Translations under genes and position numbers: made by a program
Origin: the human T2T-CHM13v2.0 reference genome, Homo sapiens
DNA: 64,000 nucleotides
Direction: 5' to 3' (one strand)
NCBI RefSeq assembly: GCF_009914755.1
Contig: NC_060932.1
The notes under the pieces: generated by a model
The model's database searches: none
What the model saw: only the letters and a program-made list of their open reading frames with translations
Told to the model about the DNA's origin: nothing
Part shown: positions 1 to 17,074 of the stretch, piece after piece
Position numbering within the stretch: position 1 is the first letter of the stretch
How the letters are laid out: the number at the start of each line of letters is the position of its first letter

Positions 1-1058
1 CCAGAGGCGGGAAGCGCAATCCAAGAAGTGACCGTCTCCTTGCAGTTTCATGACAGCACCTCCTGTAGTTGTAGCAGATGAAAGCTAAACAGATTAGTTA
101 AAGGAATACATGAGTGGATGCATGAATAAAGTATAAGGGAATGAATCCAACCCTAAGTTAGAAAACCCTCTTCATCCTTAATCATACCACCTCCATAGTT
201 TTCCCTTCCTCAGGAAGCAAAGCGCCAAGACATCTACCCACAGCATGTGCTGTATGAACGGTTTGCTGCAAACACTCTGCCAGGATTCAAATAAACAGGA
301 GATCAGAAACTAGTGTTGGAAAATGTCTTTTGGCACATTGCCCAACTGTGATCTTGGCACGGCTGATTTTGTTTTGGTTTATGTCTTGGGCTTTCAATGT
401 TCATTTTCATACTGCTGTTTCACAATTTTATTTTCTTTTTTGAGTCATAGTTTGTAAGAACTTGGTTTATATTACTATTCCAATGCAATAGTGTTTTTCT
501 TTTGGTATGTAGTATGCTCTCCAATAAATTAGAAGTCACTAGTCTTGCCTCTTTACCATGCAGAAAACTTTCCTGATCAAGCAAGCATTGCCCCTATATC
601 TTGCTCCTCTCCATTCTGTCAGCTGGGTGGAATTCAGTCCAGTGCTAACAGGTTGAGGTTTCCTTTACTACAAGCTACTGGTCTTTGCACTGTACCTTCT
701 GATGATTGTTTAATCTCAAATGCATGTAGCAATGCTATGAATAGCTCCCACTTTATTTCAGTGAGTTTTAAAATTTCATGAAAATAGAACTTCACAGAGA
801 CTTCATTTTCTTCTCTGTTTTCCATAGCCAATATGATAAAACGTGTTTGTAAATCTTTTCAATTTAGAAAGACTTTTTCTTCAGCTTCTCATCAATGTCT
901 GATATTTAAGAACTTATACATAAAGCTCAAAATGAGAAAAATAGCTTGCATCAAATCCATTAAATTCCCAGAAGTTATTTTCAACTCCACCCAAGTTAAA
1001 TTAAATAACATGTATGCCTCACAAAAGTCACAGCACCTTGTTTATAGTAGGCACTCAG

Positions 1059-1584
1059 TGTGATTGATGTGTCAACTTGTCTAGGCCACAGTACCTAGAT
1101 ATTTGGTTAAACATTATTCTAGATGTTCCTGTAAAGGTATTTTTTAGATGAGGTTAATATTTGAATCAGTAGACTTGGAGCAAAGTAGATTACTCTTCAA
1201 GTGGATGACCACATCTAATCAGTTGAAGACCTTGGAAGGATAAGACTGGCTCCCCACAAGGAGGAGGGAGTCTTGCCACATACTGCCTTCAGGCTTGAGC
1301 TGCAGTGTCATCTCTGCCCTGGGTCTGCAACTAGCAGCTGACCCTGCAGATTTTAGACTTGTCATTCTCCACAGTTGCATGATCACATGAGCCAATACCT
1401 TCAAATCAATCCCAATGTTTCTCTAGTTCTCTCTCTCTCTACATAGATAGCTAGGTAGATTGATAGACAGGTAGATGATAACTAGGCAGATAGGTAGAGA
1501 TTATATACATAGGTGAATAATAGGTAAACAGGCACAGGCATATACTCTATCTGTTCTGTTTCTTTAGAGGACTCTGGCAAATAC
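1059..1584 (+). mobile_element. MLT2-family (ERVL) solo LTR
   Basis: Begins tgtgattgatgtgtcaacttg...gatatttggttaaacattattctagatgtt and ends ctgttctgtttctttagaggactctggcaaatac. Both resemble MLT2 termini. The internal (TC)n/(GATA)-like tract is typical of MLT2. Confidence 0.8.
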
Positions 1585-3149
1585 TTACTGACAGTTGGAT
1601 TAGTCCTTCTTTCTTCCCATGTGGGAAACCTCTGGAACAGGTGCGTTCTACTCACTTTCACCTTGTTTAGGCATATTTGTTGAAACAAAGTTTCCCCTTT
1701 TCTCATTTCTACATTTTTATTCTATTTTCCATTTTTAGCCAACATTTTGATATTTATCCAGTTCCATGATAGTAGGTATTCATTAGTGATCTCTTCCAAA
1801 AATTGTCTTTGTTACCTCCAAGATAGATGGAATTATTCTCAGTATAATTTTGAAGTTTAGTGTATTTCATTTTTTCTATAATTGATAGCCATGTATGGCA
1901 CATTAAGTATTATCAAACCACATTAGAAATAGAATTTAATATAAATTAGAGTTTATTTATACAGTAGTTATTAAGGCAAGTTAAAATTAATGGCATACCG
2001 AACAGGATAGAGCATGGGATCTCTGACCTTTATTTTCAGTTAAAATAGAAAACATTGAAATGATACCACTGTTTCATGAAATGTCTAGTATGACGCTCTG
2101 GCACTGACCACACTCGTCTATTAAATTGGCATGATTTAGCTATCACTGATATTTGCCATTAATTCTGCTTATACCTATGAGGGTGATAAAAGTCAACTGT
2201 GACAATCTACACATCAATTTAGCAGTAAGGATACAGTTCTCCTGTGGATTCTAACAAATCTAGTACAGAAGGAGGCACTCAGTAGGTGATGACGATGATG
2301 TTAATGGAATGTAATACTCCTTTTTATATGAGTTTCTTTATGAACTTCTGGATATGTATACAGTGACTGAGGCCTGGATATATTTGCTAATGCAACAACT
2401 CACTGTCTAATCAGTCTGTTCTCCTCTCAAGGACATTTCACTTTGATTCTCATGCTTACTCACCTTAACAAACAGAAAATGAATTCAGAAATGAATAATT
2501 GGGCTTATGAGTGGAAGCTCAAGAGAATCCTGCTCTGGACACCAGGACAATAGTCTCTAGGGAAATGTGAAATCTCCATAAGCAGACACTGGGTTGCTTT
2601 TAGCTGCTTAATGTGGTTGTTGTCATGCGCCTTGATTGCTCCAACCTCTCTAGCCCCATCAGAAATGTTCCATTTTTAGATAACCGAATGTTTTTCATGA
2701 AAATAACACAAATAGGGCCCACTCTGGCTTTTGCAATTTCAAAGATATTTAAAACCAAATGGCATATTACAAATTTTAGTTATCATCCTCCTCTTTTATC
2801 TATTTTTTCCCAAATGTCATTTCTACTAATTCAGTGTTTTTCTAACTTCCTCCTGTGATCTTTCATCTCCTTTCATTTTACCTTTTCTTTCAGTCTATAT
2901 GGAAATTAAAGGGAGTCCATTTTTGAGTTCCTGCTGTTTCAGTGTTTTATGCTGGACTTTCTTATGCCTCCCCTTCATCTACCCAACTAAGCTCTGTGCA
3001 TCTTCCTTGTTATGACTTTTTGCTGCAAGTATACTCAGCATGTAATGTTCATCTCTAGAATATATCTGGTTTCTATTTCTGATTCAATTTCTACTTGCTC
3101 AAGTCTCTCTTGGACTATTTTTCTTGTCTCTATTGGGAAAATCTGAGAA

Positions 3150-3330
3150 AAAAATAGAGTTTGGAGCCTGTCTAATTAGGTTTGAAGCTTTGGTAAAGTT
3201 GCTTCTTTCAAGCCTCAGTTTCTGTCTTTGTAAAAAGGTATATTTATAGTTATTAGTCCATAAAATCATTGTAAATTTGTTGATTTGTACGGGAAATACA
3301 GTCAGTACTTTAAGTGTTTAGTTACCATTT
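3150..3330 (+). mobile_element. MIR remnant
   Basis: Core-like agcctcagtttctgtctttgtaaaa; boundaries approximate. Confidence 0.55.
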
Positions 3331-3377
3331 TTGTTTTTCCTGTTTAAAAAAAGTCTATAGCTTATTCCAGTCTTTTT

Positions 3378-3718
<341 letters not shown>

Positions 3719-4049
3719 TAACCTATGGAAATAATTTATTTTTATTTTACTTTTATTCCATTGGTAGTGAATTTGTAACCAAGAATGGGTATGATGACGT
3801 GTGAAATTATTTCCTTTACTATATAGGCATATTTTTATGTGCTACTTTGTGTATATCTAGCATATATTAAATAATAAATAATTGTTCGATGGTTATATTG
3901 CAATGCAAATAGATGTTTATGTAAATTTAGTGCCATATCACAAATTTGCTAGCAAGATTTTTTTCAATAATCTATAAACAATGTCAAGAAAATATTTTTG
4001 TGCTTTCTTTACTATTTGGAGAGCACTCTATTAGAAAAAATGCCAGGAA

Positions 4050-4270
4050 TAATAACAATAGCTTATACTCACTATTGGCCAGGCATTGTCCCAAGGGCAT
4101 AAGTATTTTATCATCCTCATAACAGTCCTTCGAAGCTGGGCCAGTTGTGATTTTTATTTCACAAATGAAAAAACAGATGTACAGTATAGGTTATTTCTTC
4201 CCCAAAGTCACATGTTTAATGGCAAGAAAAAGGGGCTTGAAGAATGCCTGTCTGGCTTTGGAGTCTGTCC
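4050..4270 (-). mobile_element. MIR remnant
   Basis: atcctcataacagtcct...atttcacaaatgaaaaaacaga resembles the antisense MIR core. Confidence 0.6.
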
Positions 4271-6099
4271 TCTTAGCATGCAGAAAGCCTGTTCTCAGGG
4301 AGCTTACAGTCTGTTCTCAGGATGGTGTTTTGTCACATGTGACACAGCCATTTGTTTCATCTTGTTTTATCTATTATAAAATCTACTTCTGTAGACATGA
4401 GACTGTGAACTTTTCTGTATTGTTTACTTTCTGCTTTGGTAGACACATTTGCTCATTGCACATACGTGGTGATGCAAGTTTTTCATCTGATAAAATCTTC
4501 ACTTTTCATTGATTTTTGTTCTCAATTTTTATTAATTTATTGTAATATATAAACTTTGTTTTAATTCGAATTGGTTAATTTGGACAGGAAAAAAAAGTTC
4601 AGTAAATATAATTTTTAGCCTTTTCTCAACCTGCCTTCACCATAAGAGTGCCAGGTGTCTGAGTTCAACCCTTTCTCTGAAATAGCTTTTTCATTTGTAG
4701 TGAGAATTGATAAGTGTTAATTATCACTGAAAGTGAGATTAAAGCAGTGAAAAGTTCCATTAAGAAGAATTAATTACTAGGCTGGCATTTAATGGAAAGG
4801 TCTTAAGCAAATAATAAGATGCCATCAGCATCTTATTACATCTCGCTACTGACATTTGTAGTTTAAGATCATGATTATCAAATTAATCTGGCTTTACAGC
4901 AGCTTCCTCCCTGTCCCCAGGAGTGTGCACTTTTCTACACAGATACAAGAGCGAGGGTATTCTCCTCAGTCTTGGTCCTATCCTTCAGTGTCTTGCAGTA
5001 CTTCAGAGAATCACCCTATTCATCTTCCAAGTCCAGTTATGCTTACTCTATACCTGGTGAACAGTCTTTGTTTTTTTTTCTGCAAGTAAATACAATGGTC
5101 TTTTCACCATATGTCAATATATACCATTGGAAGGAAAGATTTTGGGCAGAGCAGAAGGAAAAATGTATTTTGTTCTTCCAATTTCTTTGTGTCCAAAGCC
5201 ATTGCCCACATCCTTCATTGAATCTGATGATTTAAAATGTGCCCCCAAAGTCTCCAGTACTTACCAAAACACAATATATTTGCTTATGAAATTTCAGCAC
5301 CTTCTCTTCCCCCCCAATTATGGTGTATTTTGTCTCATGTAAAGATCATTAAACTTTTTTGACTTTTGATTCTTGTGACTTGAGAATTACCAATAAAGAA
5401 CACAAGCAAAAATATTTTACCCATTAGGTTGGCACAATGTCTTGACATTGCATTAATTTTTCAGTTCCAAAATTTTCATAAGATCTAAAGTGGAAAGATC
5501 CAGATCACTAGATGCAATACTGAAAGGATAAGGGCAAGAACTTGTAATAAAGTTTAAAGTTTCCAGGTTTCTACATGCAAAAGACATCTCCTTATTCAGA
5601 GGAAATAATATCAATTTGGGAGGATCAGATGTAGCTTCAGGATGCAGGTTATACCAAAGAGATAGACCCTTATTCTTCCAGATAGACCAAAGCTATAGCT
5701 GGAAGAATAATGAAGACTTCTCCATGAAAGAGAGGACCTCCCAGGCAAGCAAGAAGCCATTTATCTCCTGCAATCCAATCATAATTATTTACAGGCGCTG
5801 TGTTCCAGAGTTCCAGAAAACCAAAAGGCAGACACATTCCGGATAGAACTGGGGATGACAGATCTTTCCCTTGGACTGATGAGCACTACAGGCAAAGGGC
5901 GATACTGAGGCAGAATAATATATTTCAGGCTGCATTTAAAACTCCAGAGACTTGAGTGCCAAGTAAAGGAGTCTGGATAAAGTCTGGAGGAAGGGGACAG
6001 AGAGAGAATATTTTTGAGCTTTGGAAATATTAACTGGGAATTAGTGTGTAAAATGAATTGGAGGCAGAATGATAGACAGATTAGGTGACAGCAAAGTAA

Positions 6100-6696
<597 letters not shown>

Positions 6697-6911
6697 TAGT
6701 TTTTCAAGTTACATCCATTACATATGATCATGTAGGGTGGGGTCAGGTTAAAGAAGAGAGATACCCTCACTGTCAAAACAACAATGACATCATGGTGTAT
6801 GTTCCAAGTTACAGAATTTGAAAAGTTGCTATTTCTTCTTCACTCTTCCTCAGCCACACTCAAAATGCTGTTATAGATTCATGCTGCTTTTTGATGGTGG
6901 AATAAAAAACC

Positions 6912-6938
<27 letters not shown>
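6912..6938. repeat. (TG)13 microsatellite
   Basis: Seen directly. Confidence 0.97.
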
Positions 6939-6945
<7 letters not shown>

Positions 6946-7860
6946 CTGGTGTGCTATTGAATCCTTATAAAACAAGACTGTCTCATGTTTTTATTTCTTA
7001 TTTTACTCAAATTGCCAATACAAATACTTATTAAGGAAACAGTTAGACCAATCTCAGGGTGACTTGAGAATAGGATTGGCGTAAAGAATGCAACTTTTAC
7101 TCTGGTTGGCCTCTTACTGCTAAAGGGTTTCAGTGATTTGACAACTCCAGTAATATCTCTGTATCTCACCATCTGGCAAAATTTCACAGTGCCTATTTGA
7201 TGAGTAAGAGGTGCTACGAGATCATCACGAGGAAATTTCAGCACCAACAAACAGCTTCAATAATTGTTTATGCCCACTGGGTAGTGCTGCAAACAGACAC
7301 ATACACTGAAATATGTTGCTTTGTTTTAGAAACACATGTACTTCCTGTTGTAGTTTTTAATTTTTTCAGTAATGCATGTGTGTTTAGCCGCACTCTTTTT
7401 AATTCATTCAACATCTAGCATTTAGTGACCCTGTCTGATGTGAACAGTGCTTCTCTTCCAGGGACTAATGCAGTTGTTTTAGATTATTGTTTCTTCCCTG
7501 CAGCTTCCAAAATAATTAATAGCAAATCACTCATTTCATTTAAGAAATAGGTATTTCCTCCCTTGGAATCCAAATTATATTTAGATGTTTTTATTTGTCC
7601 TCTATTCCATAAGATCACTGACCACGTAGAGGGTCAGAGAAGGTTATAACTTACGTAGCTCTAATTCGCATGTCTCTAGAGAAGAACATTCTGTCGTCCT
7701 AAATTCTGCAGCTAGTGAGACTGGCAAACCACTTATTTTTAATGCTAGAGACTCCTTTCTCCCACCTTGAAGAGTTGGCAGCTCTGGTTAGGGAATGATG
7801 CCAGATCTAAGCAAAGCTGACTTAAAGTATGGGTAATCTGGGACACCAGTGGTGCTATGA

Positions 7861-10521
<2,661 letters not shown>

Positions 10522-12748
10522 GAAAAGAGTCTGGCTGAGGTCCAGATGAGATGAAATTTACTGCTTCACTTTGGTGAGTCTTGGCTTTCATTAATATGCA
10601 TCAGTGTATCTTATAGAATTAGAAATATTTGAAGCAAGGAATAAAAATGAAAACACAGTATATACTGAAGAAAAGAGTATTCCTGTTCATTTGGCATAGA
10701 TCAAATCAGTTGAACTTAAAACTGTAGAATAAAATTACAGATACAGAGGTCAAGAAAGGAATATTTGGAGAAAATAAAAATGAAAACAACAATGATAAAT
10801 TTGGATACCATTTGATAACATATAGAATTTCATTTCAACAAAACATACTTCTACAATGCTATAGTAACGACATTAAGTTCTGTGTTTTCATTCAAATTAA
10901 GTAATAGAAGATTCTTGATGCTAAGAATTCTACCTTCTTAGTGGAAATCATATAAATATTTTACCATAAGCCCCAATTTTTTATGTCGTTAGAATGTTAG
11001 GCTGTTTCCTCTTTGAATTCATTAAGAGTATTCATCATTTCAAGTTTTCACTTTTTTATACTAGGAAGTATGCTGTTTTCCAAAGAGAATGAATGTAAGT
11101 TACAAAATTTCAAATCATCCAGCTTCCTTATTTTCCTATCTGGAAGCACATGCCACAACTCCATTAGCAAAACATAGTAACGATAGCCCGATAAAATTAA
11201 TTCCCAAAAATTACCTTAGAGTTTTAATCTTTTCCAAATGGAGGCCAATAAAATACCACAGCCACAATAATATTCCATTGATGAGCGCTAATACCTTCCT
11301 AGCCCTCCATGTTGTAGCGGGTGCCTTCATATATTTTATTTGCTTCTTTGGACTTCTCAAATATTCCATGAGATAAAGAGTTAAAGCATGAATAAAACAT
11401 CTGTTTTCCAGAAAAGGAATCTATATGCCCAAGGGCACATAGTTAACATATGATGAAATCATCTTCAGGTCTTTCACTTCAAGTTCCTTGCTCTTTCAAC
11501 TATTTCTCAAGATGAATGCAAAAGGGATTATTTTTCTTTTGGTGTCATAAGAGAGCCCTGGCCTGGCCTAGGAATTGGAAGAACATAGTCCTCACGTGCC
11601 AGATCAGTGATTTGTATAGGCTGTGTGACTTTGTGGTTCCCTACATCAACTGTAAAATGAAGGCCCTGAACTAGATCATTTTAAGTACTTACAGCTATAA
11701 AATCCAACGACTCTATTTAAAATAATGTAAGAAGCTTAAGAAAAATTGCATCTATAATAAGTTTTATTGCTGAAAGTTTCCCAGAATGTATCCTGCAAAC
11801 TACAGTGCCACATATGTTAATATATATATTATGGCATAAAAGAATCTTGTGGGTAATTGGTTTTGGGAAATGTAGAGTAAAACAAAATTAGGCATAATCC
11901 CTTTATGGCAGAACTTCTCTGTGACTAACATTCCAATTGCGGAGTGAAACTAGAGAAAGAACATGGAGAGTGCACAGGTCCAGGCAGGGTCCATGGACAC
12001 GTCCATGGAAATGATAGTCCAGGAAAGGTTCTCTGAGAAAAGCTGTCATGTCCAAACTGTCAGTGATGGTTCTCAATGGGCGAATCATGGCTCTCTTCCA
12101 AATGGACCTAGAGGTGGCTATGGGCTGTGTACTTAAAGACATATTTGGCGGAATAAAATTAAAAGAAATTTCTTAATAAATATAACTGCAAACTAAACTT
12201 TTAGACTGCCTTAATTCATAATCACCTCAACTGCCAAGATTATTTAGCAATATTCAAGAGATTTTTTCATTCTTCTTTACCTATAGTAGTGCTGGATAAA
12301 AGGATTTCTGGAATTTCTTAGAATTTCATATTAAGAATACCCGATTATCTTTGCCTTAGTATGCTTGTTGATGTTGGTGATATGATACAAAGCTATTCAA
12401 GGAAGCTTCCTAAGGTTCATGTTTCGATTAATCGCCACAACATGCACAGCAGCGCTTGCCTTCAAGATCATTGGAGCTGTGCAGGGTTGTCAAATTGACA
12501 TGCAGTCTCCACAATCTGATAATTTTTTTTTCTTATTACTGTTTTCAGGATGAGAATATGAAGCTGATCTGAATGCTTTTGACATCCATAGGACTTGCAA
12601 GATAGCTCTCCAATAACTATAACAGACAGGTTCTCTATACACATAAATCATAGGTAGTCCACAAGAAGGGGACTCTTATTTTCAGTCCGAGGAAAGATTT
12701 CTCCTGTTTTAAAACAATATGACTGTGTGCCTGCAAGACTCACAAAAC

Positions 12749-12786
<38 letters not shown>
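12749..12786. repeat. (AT)6(GT)13 compound microsatellite
   Basis: Seen directly. Confidence 0.95.
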
Positions 12787-13399
12787 AAAGGCTCCATTCT
12801 TGATATATAATTTTAACAGTTTTTGTCTTAGAGATAAATTAATGGGATTGAGAATTTGTTAAATTGACTTTTCTTCAACATTTTTTCCTACTTATTTGTT
12901 TATTTTCATGTTGGTGGTGAATTACATGAAATTGTCTTTCATTTATTTTTTCAGTGAACAGCTAGTTTTACAAACTACATTTGCTCCCTGAGTTAGTTAT
13001 TCTTATTTTTATTTCAAAAACTGTGATAGAGAAAGAATTGGAAAGAAGACCTACTATCATTCTTGGCAACTATTACTAATTTTGAGATGCATGTCTCAAT
13101 TTACCCCAGAAGCAATATTCATCCAGAGGTACCTTGCAATCAGTGATACATTTAATTAGATCCTATATCTTCTTTGAGAAAAGCAAGGCCTGATGTGAAG
13201 GCTCAGTGTGTGTATATTTGTGTGGAAAATGGAAAGAAATAGGAAAATAAGTTTTTTTTGTTTCATAAAGTGATATTTATATGAAATTATATTAGTTAAG
13301 TGCCTCAGACACAAACAGAAAGGATTGGATGGCAAGTCATCCACTTATTCTCTGTGTTTTTGCATTTTTGTATTTCTTCTAAAAATGTACATATTGCCT

Positions 13400-14110
13400 G
13401 ATTTCTGCCAGGTTGTGGGGCTGAATAAGCAGATAGTTCCCTAGTTTCATGAAACTTTCATTGGAGTGTTTGTGTTTGGGAGGATAGGAGGAACAGGAAA
13501 TAAGAAACAGAAATAGCCTGTGGAGTGTTCCTGAGTGTTTGGCACAGAATATTTAAATGTCATGCCAAAAGAAAAGTGTCTTAAATTTGTCCAGGGAAGC
13601 CTACTCTGAGGAGTGAATTTTAAACTGAGATGTAATTGACAGAGCAAAACCAACCATACCAGGATTAGAAGAGTTAACAGCAGAGCGGAGGCGCCCAGGT
13701 AGGAGTGAGCCCACAGGTTAGAGGAAGCAAGAGAAGGGAGCTCTGAGTCCTGATCATGCAGGATACTGTAAAGCCAAGGAGAGAAATTTTGCTTAAATTC
13801 TGGGTACAATGGGAAGCCACCACCATATTTTAAGCAAGACTAAATGGCATGCTTTCTTTGATTTTGAAGAGATCATTCTGGCTACTATGTGCAGAAACGA
13901 ATCATAGAGGAAAGCAGCTCAGAGACTGGAGGTGGGCTTGTCTCAGTGACCATGGGCAGAGGCTGACAATTTGCAGCAGGAAGTGCTTGTGAGAAAAAAA
14001 TGGATATATTTTAGACTTTGATTCCATGTTTTAATAATGAGGTGTGGGAAGGCACAGTCATTGCAACTCAATTCAAAGAGAAGAGCAACCAGTCTGAGAG
14101 GGAAGGTGGG
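13400..14110 (-). mobile_element. L2 LINE remnant
   Basis: aatgggaagccac...ttttaagca...gatcattctggctactatgtg resembles antisense L2; boundaries approximate. Confidence 0.65.
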
Positions 14111-14854
14111 TGGGAAGTGGAGAGCTTAGAGAAGTGTCTGCAAGATGAAGTAAGGATGAATGACAAGTCCTCTCAGCAAGCCAAAGCAGACTCAATAGAT
14201 AAAAATGGGCATATGACTGCAAAGCATGTTTAACTTCTTGTGCTAGACCCATAAATAATTTAGACTGTTTTTTTTTCAGAAATTAAAAAAACAACAGACA
14301 AAGCAATTCAGAAAATGTAGGGACTGTGCTTTTTTTCATTCCCATTTTGAACGCAGTGCTTTGTTTGAAACTAGGAAGGATATGAAAGGTTGTTTTGAGA
14401 GTGCTCCATCCCAGAGACCTGTGCAAGGTCACCTCCATCTCTGAAACCCAGCCCAGTGCTCTTACTAGTTAGATCTCATCTTTATATACTGAATTCATTA
14501 TTTTTATCTTCCAAGATCAGAACATTTTCAAAAGAAAAGTTAAGTAGGAAAACAGAGCAGCAAACAGAAACATCCGAGGGTAAGAGGCTAGGCATGTGGC
14601 CTGGGCAAGGATCCCTGAGGGGAAAGATGCCGATGAAGATCCTATTTGTGTTCACTTATCTTTACTCAAAGGAGACAATAAATAAATAAATAAATAAAGA
14701 CCAGATGCCCTTTTCACCCTATCTTACATTCATTCCTCTTTTCCATTGTCAATCCTGTCATAGGCAGAAGATGGAAAGGCGAAGGCTTCATAGCAAGAGC
14801 TGATCAAAGATAAAGTTAGAAGGTCAGAAGACATGCAGACTCTGTAGTGGAGAT

Positions 14855-15070
14855 GTGGCACCACAAACACTGCTTGGGCGTTAGACGGTCTTCAGTTGGC
14901 TTCCCAAGAAAGCTGTTTACTAGATTTGTGACCAGGGGGATATCCTTGGAGCCTCAGTTTTCATATCTTCATAAGGGGAAATAATAATAATACAGATGCC
15001 TGGAGGATCATTTGTGAATACCTGCAAAATATTTCCCACGGGGCCTGTTGCCAACCCAGCTCACAACGGT
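14855..15070 (+). mobile_element. MIR remnant
   Basis: ggagcctcagttttcatatcttcataaggggaaataataata is MIR core-like. Confidence 0.6.
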
Positions 15071-15219
15071 CCACTCAACCTAATGGACGTTGGGATGTTG
15101 AAATGTAGGTCACTCTTTTCTTCAAAGCCCTTTCTGCCTTTCTACAGTAAAGAGATGCTGGGATATGAAAGAGATTTGAAACAACTAATTCCCCAACTTA
15201 GACTAGAATGCCCTGAAAT

Positions 15220-15310
15220 AGAGAGAGCGGGGGAGAGAGGGAGAGAGAGAGAGAGAGACAGAAGGAGACAGAAGAAAGGGGGAAGAGGAGAGGAGAGGGA
15301 AGAAGAGAAC
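15220..15310. repeat. Polypurine (GA-rich) low-complexity tract
   Basis: About 90 bp of almost only G and A. Confidence 0.9.
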
Positions 15311-15694
15311 AGGGCTAGAATGGAATGAGTTAGTCAGGAGCTAATTAATGACCAAAGATGAAGAAAAGAAAGCAATGCAAAAAAATGAAAATGCAGCCAA
15401 GGCAGAGCACATTGGATAGGACTATACTTAACAGAGAAATGTCTTGCTGTTGTGCAGGCTTCCTCAATCTAAAATAGCATGGGTGGCCTTCATTCATGGC
15501 CACGATCACTGAAGTGGCTCTGAAGTGTCTTTGTACCTGTAAAAATGGGCTTGTTTTGATTTTTTGAACATACAATTAAAATTGTTGTCTTTATTGTAAA
15601 GGCCCATGTTTCATTTAATAGTCTACCAGAAGTATGAGGACATCACTTAAAAACACTTAAATTAGAATGAAATAGTAATACAAATAAAAATAAG

Positions 15695-15925
15695 AAAAAC
15701 AGCCATTTTATTGAGAGTTTAGCTGAGTTGGGCAGTTACTTGTTTCCCTCATTATCTAATGTTGAATTCCAGGTAGCAGGTTCTATATTTCTGTTCATTT
15801 TAGAAATGAGGAAATGGATGTTTAAGAAGTTGAGTAACATCCGAAATATCCTCCAATTATTAGCTGACTTCGGGATTCAGTCCTGGGTCTGCCTGACCCT
15901 AGACGTCAGTGTCACTAACCACTAT
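15695..15925 (-). mobile_element. MIR remnant
   Basis: cattttagaaatgaggaaa...aagttgagtaac...gtctgcctgaccctaga. Confidence 0.65.
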
Positions 15926-16079
15926 GTTAGGAAGAAAATATAGGAGATATGGATGAATAAAGGTAATCTTCTTCCACACTTGGGTAAAATCACAAGCTTG
16001 GGAGAATTGACACCATAATGTAGGAATTCTTCCTTGGACAAGCTGAAAATCATTCTATTTCGGTACATTAAAAGCCTTC

Positions 16080-16870
16080 ACGCTGTTAAGATTTTGGAGA
16101 AGAATGAGCGAATTTGGTAGTGTAACTAGCAGGCGGGGAAGGACTGTCCCTTATGGCTTAGCAATGAGCAGCAGGGCAGTTCACAATGGCGAGACGCAGA
16201 CGCCTTTGGGGCGGTGCAGCCAGAGCGGAGTGCGCCTGGGACTGAGTGTCCTCCTCGGGGACTGCATGGGCCCCGCACCGCCGCCTGCCCCGCGCCACGA
16301 CAGCCCAGAGCACGGATGGGCCCAGACTGTCCTACAGCCGTTTCAGCAGGCGAGGGTCTGTCCAGCAGCACCTAAACAGCTTTTGTATGTCCTGTCTCCA
16401 AAGTGTGTGGCTTAAAGTCAGGTTCTGTGCTTTTGATGACAATATTTTCTTTGGGTCGGGATCATTTTCATCTGTTGCCCCTTCTGCCCAACCTTTGCAC
16501 TTCCCCCCGGTCCTCCTCACCCCTTCCCTTCCTCTGCCTGTCTGCACACCAACGTCCTTGGGCTCCCTCATTCTCCAGTTCTTGGCTTGGTCTGACTGGG
16601 GACTTCTCACACCTAGCTTGTCGTCGCGCTCTAGGGCCATTGCATCTTGGTTAAAAGGCCTGTCTCTGCAGACTGAAGGCTCTCTGCGGGCAGGACCAGG
16701 CCAGTTTGGCTTCTCCCTGCCCGCCCTCGGAGCCTGCTCCAGGTATACTGGCTGAATGTTCTGAGAGACCCGCAGCCCAGGATTGCTGAGTCGCTTATGT
16801 GTCCGCTGTTTACAGCTGTGCGTGCGTGTGTGTGCAGGGAAACAGCCAGGCAGATGCACATGGTTATTTA
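16080..16870. promoter_or_regulatory. CpG-rich, GC-rich promoter/enhancer-like element
   Basis: About 16 CpGs in 16190-16352 (manual count) in an otherwise CpG-depleted window. GC boxes ggcgggg and ggggcggtg are present. Not a recognisable repeat. Confidence 0.65.
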
Positions 16871-17074
16871 TATCTTCAGATTATTTCTGTGAGGAAAATT
16901 CTATCCTGGTGAAAGAGCTTGCTGTTGAAAAACAGTAACTGTACCCATATAGACACCACAGTATTCGCTCAATGTATTTGACAGACACACTCATATTGTC
17001 AGGGTAAAAGGAGGCAGCAGCTTCTTTGAAATGCAGGGACAGAGCAAGTGACAAGGAAAAAACCACACAGCAGG

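Noticed and set aside
7237-7257. REST/RE1-like ttcagcaccaacaaacagc
   Set aside because: Only the left half-site matches; the right half lacks GGACAG and the spacing is wrong.
16104-16861. Overlapping 76-175 aa ORFs on both strands
   Set aside because: Expected from stop-codon scarcity in GC-rich DNA; no recognisable domain and no single dominant frame.
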